NCBI GenBank assembly: GCA_049297675.1
Contig: JBAQUS010000004.1
Span: 13,188-77,187 of the forward strand
Origin: Minisyncoccia bacterium
GTDB taxonomy: Bacteria > Patescibacteriota > Minisyncoccia > Phycocordibacterales > DATDWN01
DNA: 64,000 nt
Reading direction: 5' to 3'
Below, in pieces: positions 55,383 through 64,000 of this stretch. A program made the position numbers and the translations under genes. The notes under the pieces were generated by a model. That model was not told the DNA's origin and ran no database searches. It saw only the letters and a program-made list of their open reading frames with translations. Each line of letters starts with the position of its first letter. Position 1 is the first letter of the stretch.

Positions 55383-57841
55383 ATAAGTGAGGCAATACTA
55401 TCTCCTTCGCGGAGTTTCATGATACGGACACCTTGAGTTTGACGACCAAGAACTGGGATTTCTTTGCTGTCCACTCGGATGACTTGTGATTTTTTAGATA
55501 TTGCCACAATTTCACCTTCAACACTAGCAAAAACTTTAGCGGAAATCAGACTACCTGTTTTTGGAGTAACTTTGGCAGTTTTTATTCCCGAGCCACCGCG
55601 GTTTTGGATTTTGTATTCATCAATATCTGTGCACTTGCCATACCCGTTTGCAGAGATGACCATAACGTTTGCATTGTCTAGATCATTTGGAACTGTCTCA
55701 GCAGAAATAATCTCATCACCCTTTTTTAGTTTAATAGCCCGCACTCCCATAGCGGTTCTTCCCATCTCACGAATATCTGATTCTTTGAAATGAATGGCCT
55801 GTCCCTTGCTTGTTACAACGATAACTGTATCTTTTTTTCTAGTAAATGAAGCTGAGATGAGTGCGTCACCGTCATCTAGCTTTATTGCAATAATACCCGA
55901 AATTCGTACATCGTGAAAACTAGCAGTGGCTACTTTTTTTACTGAGCCTTGTTTAGTAACCATCATTGTTGAAGACTCTTCGCCCTTAACTTTCTTTGGC
56001 ATTGGCAAAATAGAAGTGATTTTCTCACCTTCTGAAAGTGGTAAAAAGTTCATGATTGATTTCCCACGAGTAGCCCTGCGTCCCTCTGGAATGTCATACA
56101 TTTTTGTCTGATAAACTTTTCCTCTGTTAGTAAAGAAAAGCAAATCGGAGTGAGTAGAAGTTATGAGTAGATTTGTAACAAAGTCTTCTTCTTTTGTGTC
56201 CAGGTCAATCACCCCGACTCCCCCACGTTTTTGTTTTCTAAACTCATCTGGATTGGTTCGCTTTATGTATCCACCAGCGGTCAATACTAGCGCGTTTTCC
56301 TCATCAGGAACGAGATCTTCGACGGAAAGTACTTGTGCTCCACCCTTTATTATTTTTGTGCGCCTCTCGTCACCATATTTTTCCTTAATATCTTCCGACT
56401 CTTTTTTTATTATTAAAATAACTTTCTTTGGAGAGTTTAATATGGACTTTAGTTCCTCAATCATAATCTGCACTGCCTTGAGTTCATCCTCTATCTTCTT
56501 TCTCTCAAGTCCGGCCAAACGTGAAAGCTTCATTTCCAAAATAGCATTGGCTTGAATTGACGAGAATTTAAACTCTTTCATCAATCTCATGTGAGCCTCG
56601 GGAGTATCTTTGGAAGATTTGATGAGTTTAATAATGGCATCAATATGATCGAGTGCTTTTTTCAATCCCAAAAGAATATGCTCTCTTTCCAGTGCTTTTT
56701 TGAGATCAAACTCTGTTCGTCTTTTTATTACTGTTACTCTGTGAGAAATAAATTCCTCCAAAATATCTTTTAGGGAGACTGTCTCTGGTATCCCTTTTAC
56801 GAGACCAACCATATTGTAATGAAAAGTGTCTTCGAGTTGAGTATGTTTATATAAATAATTCAGAACTGTTTGAGGATGAGCTGTACCTTTTAACTCAATA
56901 ACTATTCTTATATCTTTTGCAGACTCATCACGAATGTCTTTTATTCCCTCGACTTTTTTCTCCTTGTGAAGATCAACTATTTTTAATATTAGGTCAGCCT
57001 TGTTTACTCTAAATGGTAGCGAAGTAATAACGATTTGATACTGTCCAGATTTTGTCTCAACAACTTCTGCCATACCACGCACAACTACACCACCTTTTCC
57101 TGAAGAATAAGCATGATGCATGTCCTTAGCTCCAAAAGCTATTGCTCCTATCGGAAAATCTGGACCTTTGACGAACTGCAGAAGATCCTCTGTTGTAGCA
57201 TCTTTATTATCTGCCAAATGGATAACCGCATCCATCACTTCGTTTAGGTTATGAGGCGGAATATTTGTTGCCATTCCAACGGCAATACCTAGTGTGCCGT
57301 TTAGAAGCAAGTTAGGTACAGCGGTTGGCAAAACTTTCGGCTCCTTTTTTGTGCCGTCGTAATTTGGCACAAAATCAACAGTTTCTTTTTCAATATCGTG
57401 CAGAAGTTCGGATGCCAATTTAGTCATTTTTGCCTCCGTATAACGCATGGCTGCCGCATTGTCTCCATCAATCGAACCAAAATTTCCCTGACCTAATATG
57501 AGAGGGTAACGCATAGTAAAATCCTGCGCCATCTTAACCATTGAATCATAAACTGCTACATCACCATGCGGGTGATAATTTCCCAAAACTTCTCCGACTA
57601 CCGCAGCAGATTTTCTGGATTTGGCACCAGATGTCAATCCGAGTTCTGACATAGCAAAAAGAATTCTCCTATGCACAGGTTTTAGTCCATCACGAACATC
57701 TGGTAATGCACGATCGGTAATAACAGACATTGCATAATCTATAAAAGATGTCTTCATCTCAGAAGTTATTTCCTGCGAGATAACATTTTTTACAGCTAAA
57801 GCCGAATTGGTCTCTTCTGGATTATTTTTTTTACCTGACAT
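55373..57841 (-). CDS. gyrA: DNA gyrase subunit A
   Basis: [31 protein letters not shown], active-site Tyr region, C-terminal beta-pinwheel repeats. Confidence 0.95.
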   Translation of the reverse strand: MSGKKNNPEETNSALAVKNVISQEITSEMKTSFIDYAMSVITDRALPDVRDGLKPVHRRILFAMSELGLTSGAKSRKSAAVVGEVLGNYHPHGDVAVYDSMVKMAQDFTMRYPLILGQGNFGSIDGDNAAAMRYTEAKMTKLASELLHDIEKETVDFVPNYDGTKKEPKVLPTAVPNLLLNGTLGIAVGMATNIPPHNLNEVMDAVIHLADNKDATTEDLLQFVKGPDFPIGAIAFGAKDMHHAYSSGKGGVVVRGMAEVVETKSGQYQIVITSLPFRVNKADLILKIVDLHKEKKVEGIKDIRDESAKDIRIVIELKGTAHPQTVLNYLYKHTQLEDTFHYNMVGLVKGIPETVSLKDILEEFISHRVTVIKRRTEFDLKKALEREHILLGLKKALDHIDAIIKLIKSSKDTPEAHMRLMKEFKFSSIQANAILEMKLSRLAGLERKKIEDELKAVQIMIEELKSILNSPKKVILIIKKESEDIKEKYGDERRTKIIKGGAQVLSVEDLVPDEENALVLTAGGYIKRTNPDEFRKQKRGGVGVIDLDTKEEDFVTNLLITSTHSDLLFFTNRGKVYQTKMYDIPEGRRATRGKSIMNFLPLSEGEKITSILPMPKKVKGEESSTMMVTKQGSVKKVATASFHDVRISGIIAIKLDDGDALISASFTRKKDTVIVVTSKGQAIHFKESDIREMGRTAMGVRAIKLKKGDEIISAETVPNDLDNANVMVISANGYGKCTDIDEYKIQNRGGSGIKTAKVTPKTGSLISAKVFASVEGEIVAISKKSQVIRVDSKEIPVLGRQTQGVRIMKLREGDSIASLICL

Positions 57842-57905
57842 TTAGGTGGTAAGTTAAATTAATCAGTGGATTATAGCACAACAAAAAGGCAAATTCAAAG
57901 CTTTT

Positions 57906-58274
57906 TTAATCGGAGGAAGGATTATTTTCTATTAGTAAATCTGAGGTACTAGAGGTATTTTTTGGAATATTTTCTGAATTGTTTTGAACGTAAGTCTCAG
58001 AACCAGACAAACCACCTAGAGAATTTTTAAAATTTGCCACCTCTCCTCCAAATGTCAAAAGGGATGAATAAACCAAATCAGAAAATGCCGATAAAGGACT
58101 TGGTTCACTATTTATGGCCTCAATGTCTCTTTTCTCTTGTTCCCTAAAACTGGGATATATAACAATTGCCCACATAAGCAAGATTATCCCAGAAAAAGTA
58201 ACAGCAATAAGTAAAGCAATTTTTTTTCTTATTTTATGGGGTTTTTCTCTTAATCTCTCAATGAGGTTGAGCAT
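57906..58274 (-). CDS. hypothetical membrane protein
   Basis: One TM (IALLIAVTFSGIILLMWAIVIY) and a Ser/Asn-rich tail. Confidence 0.3.
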   Translation of the reverse strand: MLNLIERLREKPHKIRKKIALLIAVTFSGIILLMWAIVIYPSFREQEKRDIEAINSEPSPLSAFSDLVYSSLLTFGGEVANFKNSLGGLSGSETYVQNNSENIPKNTSSTSDLLIENNPSSD

Positions 58275-58322
58275 TTAATAGTTATAAAGTTTAAAGTAGA
58301 AAGTTATAAAGTTGGTATTAAA

Positions 58323-58958
58323 TCAGATGGATTCGAGGACTAGTACGTCGCCTTCCTTGCCTTCTAGATCTTTTCTTTTGACAGTCAGTTTGTCGACAGG
58401 TTTTATTCCTTCCTCACCAGACTCCTTTAGAAATTTTTTCAATGAATCTTTTTCACCTACTTCCTCAAAATGACTAGGAATTATTATTTTTGGTTCAAAC
58501 TGCACAGCCACCTTGTGAGCTACAGCGGGATCTAAGACATCTCCACCACCTATTGGCACAAAAAGAATATCCACGCCGTCGATTCCCTCCTTTGTCTCAG
58601 AGGATAATTCCTTCTCTGAAAGTGCTCCAAGAAAACAAAGACTTATTCCCTCAAGTGAGACAGTATATATCGTGTTAATCCTTTCCTTGCCTCCGTAGTT
58701 GGACTTTGATAAAAAACCTTTTATGAAAACGCCAGAGACTTCATACTCACCCGGACCGTTTATAAGAAATGATTCCTTTTCTCCACGAGAAGTTGAGTCA
58801 GAGCCGTTGTGCTCCGGAGAATTGAGGGAAACAAGAGTAATGTCGCTTCCAAAACTCTTGCCTTTTATTTCGGAGTCCTTGGAAATTGGATTAACAGCAA
58901 TGGTGGTCTCACCAAAAGAAACCTTAAAAAAATCCGCTCCGTGGTATGTGATTATCAT
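58323..58958 (-). CDS. metallo-beta-lactamase-fold metal-dependent hydrolase (UPF0173-like)
   Basis: MIITYHGADFFKV...IAVNP start and ...IPSHFE C-terminus, typical of this MBL subgroup. Confidence 0.5.
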   Translation of the reverse strand: MIITYHGADFFKVSFGETTIAVNPISKDSEIKGKSFGSDITLVSLNSPEHNGSDSTSRGEKESFLINGPGEYEVSGVFIKGFLSKSNYGGKERINTIYTVSLEGISLCFLGALSEKELSSETKEGIDGVDILFVPIGGGDVLDPAVAHKVAVQFEPKIIIPSHFEEVGEKDSLKKFLKESGEEGIKPVDKLTVKRKDLEGKEGDVLVLESI

Positions 58959-59023
58959 AACGTTAGTCTAACAGAAAAATTTATTTTTTCAAACTGAGAA
59001 ATTTCAAAATTAAATTTCTTAAC

Positions 59024-59055
59024 AGGTACTTGGCGGTTTAACCGCCAAGTACCTA
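59024..59055. terminator. bidirectional terminator hairpin aggtacttggcggtttaaccgccaagtacct
   Basis: 14-bp perfect stem seen in the sequence. Confidence 0.6.
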
Positions 59056-59220
59056 AGAATTTTGAAAGTTATTTATTTGACTACTCAGTTGTAGAAATCA
59101 GTCGTAGAAAATAAAGCGAGGACTCCCCTCGCTTACTCGCTTAAAATACTTAGAGAAACAGAAAACCCGCCGACCGATGCCGACGGGTTTCATAATCGTC
59201 GCTTGAGGTGATTTCCATTG

Positions 59221-59472
59221 TCAGTACGAATCGCTCATTGTTTTCCACCCGCAATATGTACAAGTTGAGTAGACAAACGTGTACATCTTGTCTTCAGTAT
59301 TACGTGCCTCCTGGCTAATCTTTCTAGAAAAGCACTCAGGGCACGACTTGATTTTGAGGGACGGGGGAACTCCAATCCCAAGACCCTTCGACAAATCTTC
59401 GATCAAATCTCTGACGATGCTCATGGTTGAAACCTCCGCAACCATTATACACCCAAACACAACGCTTGTCAA
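59221..59472 (-). CDS. hypothetical zinc-ribbon protein
   Basis: CPECF...CTYCGWK Cys pairs. 83 aa. Confidence 0.3.
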   Translation of the reverse strand: MTSVVFGCIMVAEVSTMSIVRDLIEDLSKGLGIGVPPSLKIKSCPECFSRKISQEARNTEDKMYTFVYSTCTYCGWKTMSDSY

Positions 59473-59543
59473 GATGGTAAAAATGTGTTACTTCTGTATA
59501 CTGTTTGGGTATTTTACAAGCAGAGTCTAAAAGGAGTTAAACC

Positions 59544-59590
59544 ATCACATTTGTGTAATCCCCTAGGTGTCACCTAGGGGAAAATGTGAT
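59544..59590 (+). promoter_or_regulatory. structured leader upstream of rpsA: nested palindrome atcacattt..cccctaggtg-t-cacctagggg..aaatgtgat
   Basis: Seen in the sequence ~100 nt upstream of the rpsA ATG. rpsA is classically autoregulated through 5'-leader structure, so a regulatory role is inferred. Confidence 0.35.
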
Positions 59591-59696
59591 AGCCTCCTCT
59601 CTAAAATACTCAAGAATACTAATGTCAAGAAAAATAAAGGAGGAAGTTAAGAGCGAAGCGCTTGAAAAAGAAGCCAAGCAAAAGGAGGAGGGGGTA

Positions 59697-60740
59697 ATGT
59701 CAAAAATGCTAAACGACGACATGATCCCCCCGGGAATTGATGATGTTGTCGAAGGAAAAGTCATAGGAATTGAAAAATCAAAAGTTTACATAGATATTCC
59801 CCCATTCGGTACGGGAATCATTTTCGGTAAGGAATATATAAACGCAAGAGACATTATAAAAAAAATAAATGTTGGTGATTCTGTTGCTGGAAAAGTAATA
59901 TCACTTGGAAACACGGAAGGCTACATTGAAATTTCCCTTAAGGAAGCTCGTCAGGCACTTATATGGTCTGAAGCAGAAGATGCAATAAGGGATAAGAAAG
60001 TTTTTGAACTCTCAGTCACAGAAGCAAATAAGGGTGGTCTTATACTTTCATGGCAAGGTATTTCAGGATTTCTACCAGCCTCACAACTGAAAACCGAACA
60101 CTACCCAAGAGTTTCCGATGGCGATAAAGACAGAATCCTAGAGGAGCTTAAGAAACTTGTTGGTCAGAGAATTTCCGTAACCATAATCGGAGCCAGTCCA
60201 AAAGAGGGAAAACTTATTTTCTCTGAAAAAAGTCCGGAGCAGAAAAATAAAGACTACATTATCGGAAAGTACGAGCTTGGTGAGGAAGTTGCTGGAGAAG
60301 TAACTGGTATGGTTGACTTCGGAGTTTTCGTAAAGCTTGAGGAGGGACTGGAAGGTTTGGTACACATATCAGAAATTGATTGGGCGCTAGTAGAGAATCC
60401 GAAGCTTATGTTTCATATTGGCGAAAAAGTCAGAGTAAAAATAATTGAAATAAAGGATGGGAAGATTTCCCTTTCAATAAAGGCTCTCAAAGAAAATCCT
60501 TGGAAAGATGCAGAAAAGAAATACAAAAAAGACGACATTGTGGATGGTGTGGTTATTAAGTTCAATAAACACGGAGCTCTAGCATCCATAGAAGAAGGCA
60601 TTGCAGGCTTGGTTCATATTTCAGAGTTCGGAAGTGACCAAACACTACATGAAAAACTTGAGCTAGGTAAGAACTACAAGTTCAAGATTAGTATGTTCGA
60701 CTCAAAGGAACAGAAAATGACATTAAATTTTGTAGGATAA
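59697..60740 (+). CDS. rpsA: 30S ribosomal protein S1 (four S1 domains)
   Basis: Repeated S1 domains (GKVIGIEKSKVYIDI, GKVISLGNTEGYIEISLKEA, GEVTGMVDFGVFVKL, GVVIKFNKHGALASI). Start set at the ATG preceded by a strong SD aaaggaggaggggg. The track ORF starts at 59586. Confidence 0.8.
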   Translation: MSKMLNDDMIPPGIDDVVEGKVIGIEKSKVYIDIPPFGTGIIFGKEYINARDIIKKINVGDSVAGKVISLGNTEGYIEISLKEARQALIWSEAEDAIRDKKVFELSVTEANKGGLILSWQGISGFLPASQLKTEHYPRVSDGDKDRILEELKKLVGQRISVTIIGASPKEGKLIFSEKSPEQKNKDYIIGKYELGEEVAGEVTGMVDFGVFVKLEEGLEGLVHISEIDWALVENPKLMFHIGEKVRVKIIEIKDGKISLSIKALKENPWKDAEKKYKKDDIVDGVVIKFNKHGALASIEEGIAGLVHISEFGSDQTLHEKLELGKNYKFKISMFDSKEQKMTLNFVG

Positions 60741-60799
60741 TCTCCACTCTACTAGTGGCATGAAGGGCGACCTTGTGGGTCGCCCTTTGGCACGAATAC

Positions 60800-60988
60800 T
60801 TACTTCGTCCTGATAACTGCCTCTAGAATTTTTACGAGAGATTGCTTGGCAGTAGAAATGACTTCGGCAGCTTCGTTGCTTGTGACCTGATCCGACCTTC
60901 GCCAGGTTGGAGGGTGAGACAAGAGAGACTTGGATGATTCTTGTGAACTACCTCTCCTCCACATTTTTTCGATTTCTTGATGTGACAT
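60800..60988 (-). CDS. hypothetical small protein
   Basis: 62-aa ORF, slightly GC-enriched. No motif. Confidence 0.25.
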   Translation of the reverse strand: MSHQEIEKMWRRGSSQESSKSLLSHPPTWRRSDQVTSNEAAEVISTAKQSLVKILEAVIRTK

Positions 60989-60996
60989 ATTTCCCC

Positions 60997-61272
60997 CTAT
61001 CTTTCCTCAACTCCAAAACGTCTCAGGACTATACCATGGAAATTTTCTATTCTCCCCCATGATTTAGGGTCAAGTGTGAGAGTAGTCAAGAATGCCATCT
61101 CATACGAGGAAAAGCCAATTTCTACTACTTTCCACTCGCCTACAGACGATCTAGGGTCAGGAATGTAGTAAAAGAGTATTACTGGATCACTCTGAGACTC
61201 ACTAGAACGAGAATTCATACACATTTTCACCCTCCTCAGGATGAAGTTCTGACATAGACTATGCCACAACAT
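60997..61272 (-). CDS. hypothetical small protein
   Basis: 91-aa ORF, slightly GC-enriched. No motif. Confidence 0.25.
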   Translation of the reverse strand: MLWHSLCQNFILRRVKMCMNSRSSESQSDPVILFYYIPDPRSSVGEWKVVEIGFSSYEMAFLTTLTLDPKSWGRIENFHGIVLRRFGVEER

Positions 61273-61306
61273 AACACCAAAAACAAGGGAGTCTAACGAT
61301 TTAGAT

Positions 61307-61894
61307 TCAATTAAACCCTGTCATGGTTTTCTCCAGTCCCATAGTGACGAAAGTCTCTAATGACTCGTTTACTTTCTTTGATAACTTTTTCAGTTCCTTA
61401 ATTTCCTCGTCCTTAAACTTTCCTAATATAACTTTTGTTACAGCTTCATCACCACTTGGTTTTTTGATTTTTCCGCTAGAGGTCACAGGCGAAATCCCAA
61501 CACGAATACGTGCAAATTTTTCTGTTTTGACAGCCTTTATTATTGATTCCAGTCCCTTGTGTCCGCCGGAAGATTTGTTAAAGGAAATTTTAGATTTTCC
61601 AAAAGATAAATCGAGATCATCGTATATCACAACCATTTTTTCTGCTCCCTTAATACTAGATACAAGATTCTTTATGCTACTCCCTGATTTATTCATGAAA
61701 GTTTCTGGCAAAACAAGAGTCACAGGTGATTTACCCACTTTTACCTTAGCCAATGTAGCATTCTGCTTTTTATCAAAATTCCACTCTGCATCAAGGGTCT
61801 TTCCAAACCATGTGAGGAGCATCCGTCCAGTGTTATGACGAGTGTCTTTGTATTCTTCTCCCGGATTACCAAGACCTACAAAAATATATGACAT
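61307..61894 (-). CDS. pth: peptidyl-tRNA hydrolase
   Basis: MSYIFVGLGNPGEEYKDTRHNTGRMLL, conserved His/Asp region. Confidence 0.9.
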   Translation of the reverse strand: MSYIFVGLGNPGEEYKDTRHNTGRMLLTWFGKTLDAEWNFDKKQNATLAKVKVGKSPVTLVLPETFMNKSGSSIKNLVSSIKGAEKMVVIYDDLDLSFGKSKISFNKSSGGHKGLESIIKAVKTEKFARIRVGISPVTSSGKIKKPSGDEAVTKVILGKFKDEEIKELKKLSKKVNESLETFVTMGLEKTMTGFN

Positions 61895-62052
61895 TTGATT
61901 ATCTTAGCATAAGATAATCAAAAATTTCCAATTACTAATTTCTAATTGCTAATTACTAAAATTACGTGTCTAAGTTTAAAAATTATAAATTTGAAATTAA
62001 AAATTAACTTTTTCTATTGTGTCAAACGAGCTTTGCTTGTATACTTCTTTTT

Positions 62053-62652
62053 ATGAATTCTGAAAATCCAGATAAAATTGTTGTTGAAAAAAATCAGGAA
62101 AAGAAAAGTACTTGGAAAGACATTGTCAAAGAAATAGTTATTTTTGTAATCATTGCTTTTGGTATTGTCTTACCTTTTAGAATGTATGTGGCTGAGCCGT
62201 ATTTAGTTGATGGCAGGTCAATGGATCCGACATTTAAAACAGGAGACTATCTGATAGTCAACAAAATACTTTACAGATACAAGACTCCAGAAAGAAATAC
62301 AGTTCTAGTCTTCAAATACCCAAACGATCCCAAAAAAAGCTTTATAAAAAGAGTGATTGGGCTTCCTGGTGAGACTGTAGAAATCAAGGGCAACACTGTC
62401 ACAATAAAAAACAAGGAAAATCCAGAGGGTTTGGTTTTAGACCAATCTTATGTTATACATACCTCTCAACAGGATATTAAGAGGGTGCTCTCCGAAGATG
62501 AATATTTTGTTATGGGAGATAATAGAACTGAAAGCTTTGACTCGAGAGCTTGGGGTCCGCTTAACAAAAAATACGTATCTGGTGAGCCACTTATTAGGCT
62601 TTGGCCACTAAATAAAATTGAACTTTTGCCAGGCATTTTGCAAGTTAAGTAA
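62053..62652 (+). CDS. lepB: signal peptidase I
   Basis: VDGRSMDPTFKTGDYLIV (catalytic Ser box), GDNRTESFDSRAWG (box E), catalytic Lys region KRVIGLPGE. Start at MNSENPD. The track begins 36 nt upstream. Confidence 0.85.
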   Translation: MNSENPDKIVVEKNQEKKSTWKDIVKEIVIFVIIAFGIVLPFRMYVAEPYLVDGRSMDPTFKTGDYLIVNKILYRYKTPERNTVLVFKYPNDPKKSFIKRVIGLPGETVEIKGNTVTIKNKENPEGLVLDQSYVIHTSQQDIKRVLSEDEYFVMGDNRTESFDSRAWGPLNKKYVSGEPLIRLWPLNKIELLPGILQVK

Positions 62653-62674
62653 TTAGGCAAGTAATTAGAAAAAG

Positions 62675-63910
62675 ATGACAAAAAAATTAGGAAAAAACTC
62701 CGGTGAAAAGCAGTCTAAATCGCACTTAGAGAGTGTTACTGATAAGGTTGGTGAAACAGCAATTCACTATGGATTTACGGTTGTCAGACCTCCCCAAATA
62801 ACATCTGATGATATTTCAAAGTATAAACAATTCAAAGAATCCGATCACTACGGTGACGCACTAGAAAAAATAGCTTTGACTCGCTGGTATATAGAAAACA
62901 GACTTGAAACAGAAGCCCAACCTATTACAATTCATTATAAACGGCCTCTTCTGGGAGGACACTTAAAGAAAAAACCAAACATTGAGATGTATGGCTTTGA
63001 AGTAATGGGTAACACCAAAGCTACTTCTGAAGCTCTGATTTTAAAAACCATTTTGGCAGTTTTAGACGATTTGGGATATAGGGATTTGTATTTAGACATA
63101 AATAGTATAGGTGACAGAGAATCTATTTCAAGATTTGAAAGAGAGCTTCAGTCATACTTTAGAAAAAATCAACACATACTACCAGCCAAACTACGTAATG
63201 ATTTTAAAAAGAATCATTACTCTTTTGTCATAGAAAACCACCCTGAATCAAAAGAGTTTTTAAAAAATGCTCCACAAACCGTCGGCACTCTCTCTGAAGC
63301 AGGCCGTCTTCACTTTAAAGAAGTTTTAGAGTCAATTGAAGCTTTTGACGTGTCCTACAAAATTAAGCCACACGCAATAGCAAGCAAACATTATGCTTCC
63401 TATACAATATTTGAAGTTAGACAAATTTCAGAGAAAAAAGAGGAGGATGGAATCCTTTTGGCTTACGGTTACAGATACAACCACTTGGCCAAGAAAATAG
63501 GAGGAAAAAAGGATATATCAAGTGTCGGTGGCACAATCCTTGTAAAAAAGCACCCCTCATTTACAAAAAAAGTAGCTATAAAAAATATAAAGAAACCAAG
63601 ATTTTACTTGGTTCAGCTAGGCTCCATTGCTAAACTAAAAGTTCTAAACGTTGTTGAAATGCTTCGTAAAAATAAAATCGGCGTTTATCACTCTATAACT
63701 AAAGACAAAATCACGGGACAACTAAATGGGGCTGAATACATGAAAGCCTCTCACGTTCTCATAATGGGTCAGAAGGAAGCCATAGAAAACAGTATCGTTG
63801 TCAGAAACCTAATAAACCGAGAACAAGAAACTGTCTCACTTGAGAAACTACCTGAGTTTTTAAAAAGTTTGGATAAAGATGAGGTAAAGAAGAAAAAGAT
63901 GAAGAAATAG
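62675..63910 (+). CDS. histidine--tRNA ligase-like class II aaRS (divergent HisRS / HisZ-like)
   Basis: Motif-2 region MYGFEVMGNTKATSEALILK...LYLDINSIGDRES matches HisRS FHQFGVEVFG...LELNSIG. Motif-3-like YGYRYNHLAKKIGGKKDISSVGGTI. C-terminal class II anticodon-binding domain. Confidence 0.6.
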   Translation: MTKKLGKNSGEKQSKSHLESVTDKVGETAIHYGFTVVRPPQITSDDISKYKQFKESDHYGDALEKIALTRWYIENRLETEAQPITIHYKRPLLGGHLKKKPNIEMYGFEVMGNTKATSEALILKTILAVLDDLGYRDLYLDINSIGDRESISRFERELQSYFRKNQHILPAKLRNDFKKNHYSFVIENHPESKEFLKNAPQTVGTLSEAGRLHFKEVLESIEAFDVSYKIKPHAIASKHYASYTIFEVRQISEKKEEDGILLAYGYRYNHLAKKIGGKKDISSVGGTILVKKHPSFTKKVAIKNIKKPRFYLVQLGSIAKLKVLNVVEMLRKNKIGVYHSITKDKITGQLNGAEYMKASHVLIMGQKEAIENSIVVRNLINREQETVSLEKLPEFLKSLDKDEVKKKKMKK

Positions 63911-63918
63911 TTGATTTT

Positions 63919-64000
63919 CAAAATTTCTTTCTCACCAAATCTTTTTCCAGACCGCATAAAAGTTTGCTAACTTTTTGCTTAGCCTCGAAAATCTAAGAAA
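63919..64000. repeat. ~80-bp conserved intergenic element, copy 2 (truncated by the window end)
   Basis: caaaatttctttctcaccaaatctttttccagaccgcataaaagtttgctaactttttgcttagcctcgaaaatctaagaaa is ~80% identical to 25962-26043. Confidence 0.6.

Overview
This is a low-GC (roughly 35%), gene-dense bacterial chromosomal segment. The gene content suggests a streamlined Patescibacteria/CPR-like organism, but that is my inference from what I recognise, not a database result. Most of the window is housekeeping: DEAD-box helicase, M23 peptidase, dnaX, dus, folD, ftsQ-like, serS, dprA, topA, a Rel/SpoT-like gene, parB, murB/murA, miaA, alr, rpmG, clpB, a cysteine desulfurase, infB-rbfA, gyrA, rpsA, pth, lepB and a HisRS-like gene. 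There are nine tRNA genes: Gln, Leu-CAA, Trp and Tyr scattered, plus a Cys/Leu-TAA/Lys/Leu-TAG cluster. The standout region is a ~10 kb accessory island (~45.2-55.4 kb) directly downstream of the four-tRNA cluster. It is bracketed by two divergent REP-associated tyrosine transposase (RAYT/IS200-like) genes, each with its own palindromic REP sequences. Inside are a strongly GC-rich (~50-55%), apparently foreign two-gene module (an SPFH/band-7-like membrane protein and a multi-TM protein with a C-terminal lysozyme-like domain). The island also holds seven tandem paralogous small secreted two-TM proteins resembling the TrbC/VirB2-like 'T4SS pilin' family, an anchored solute-binding-like protein and a SAM methyltransferase. 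Other notable points are a DHFR-like gene broken by an in-frame TAA, a duplicated tRNA-Tyr 3' fragment with its terminator, and a decayed tRNA-Gln copy. Several intergenic repeat families occur, along with operator-like palindromes flanking an ArsR-family and a PaaX-like regulator, and an alkyltransferase-like (PWHR) protein. Coordinates that do not come from the ORF track were counted by eye and may be off by 1-2 nt.
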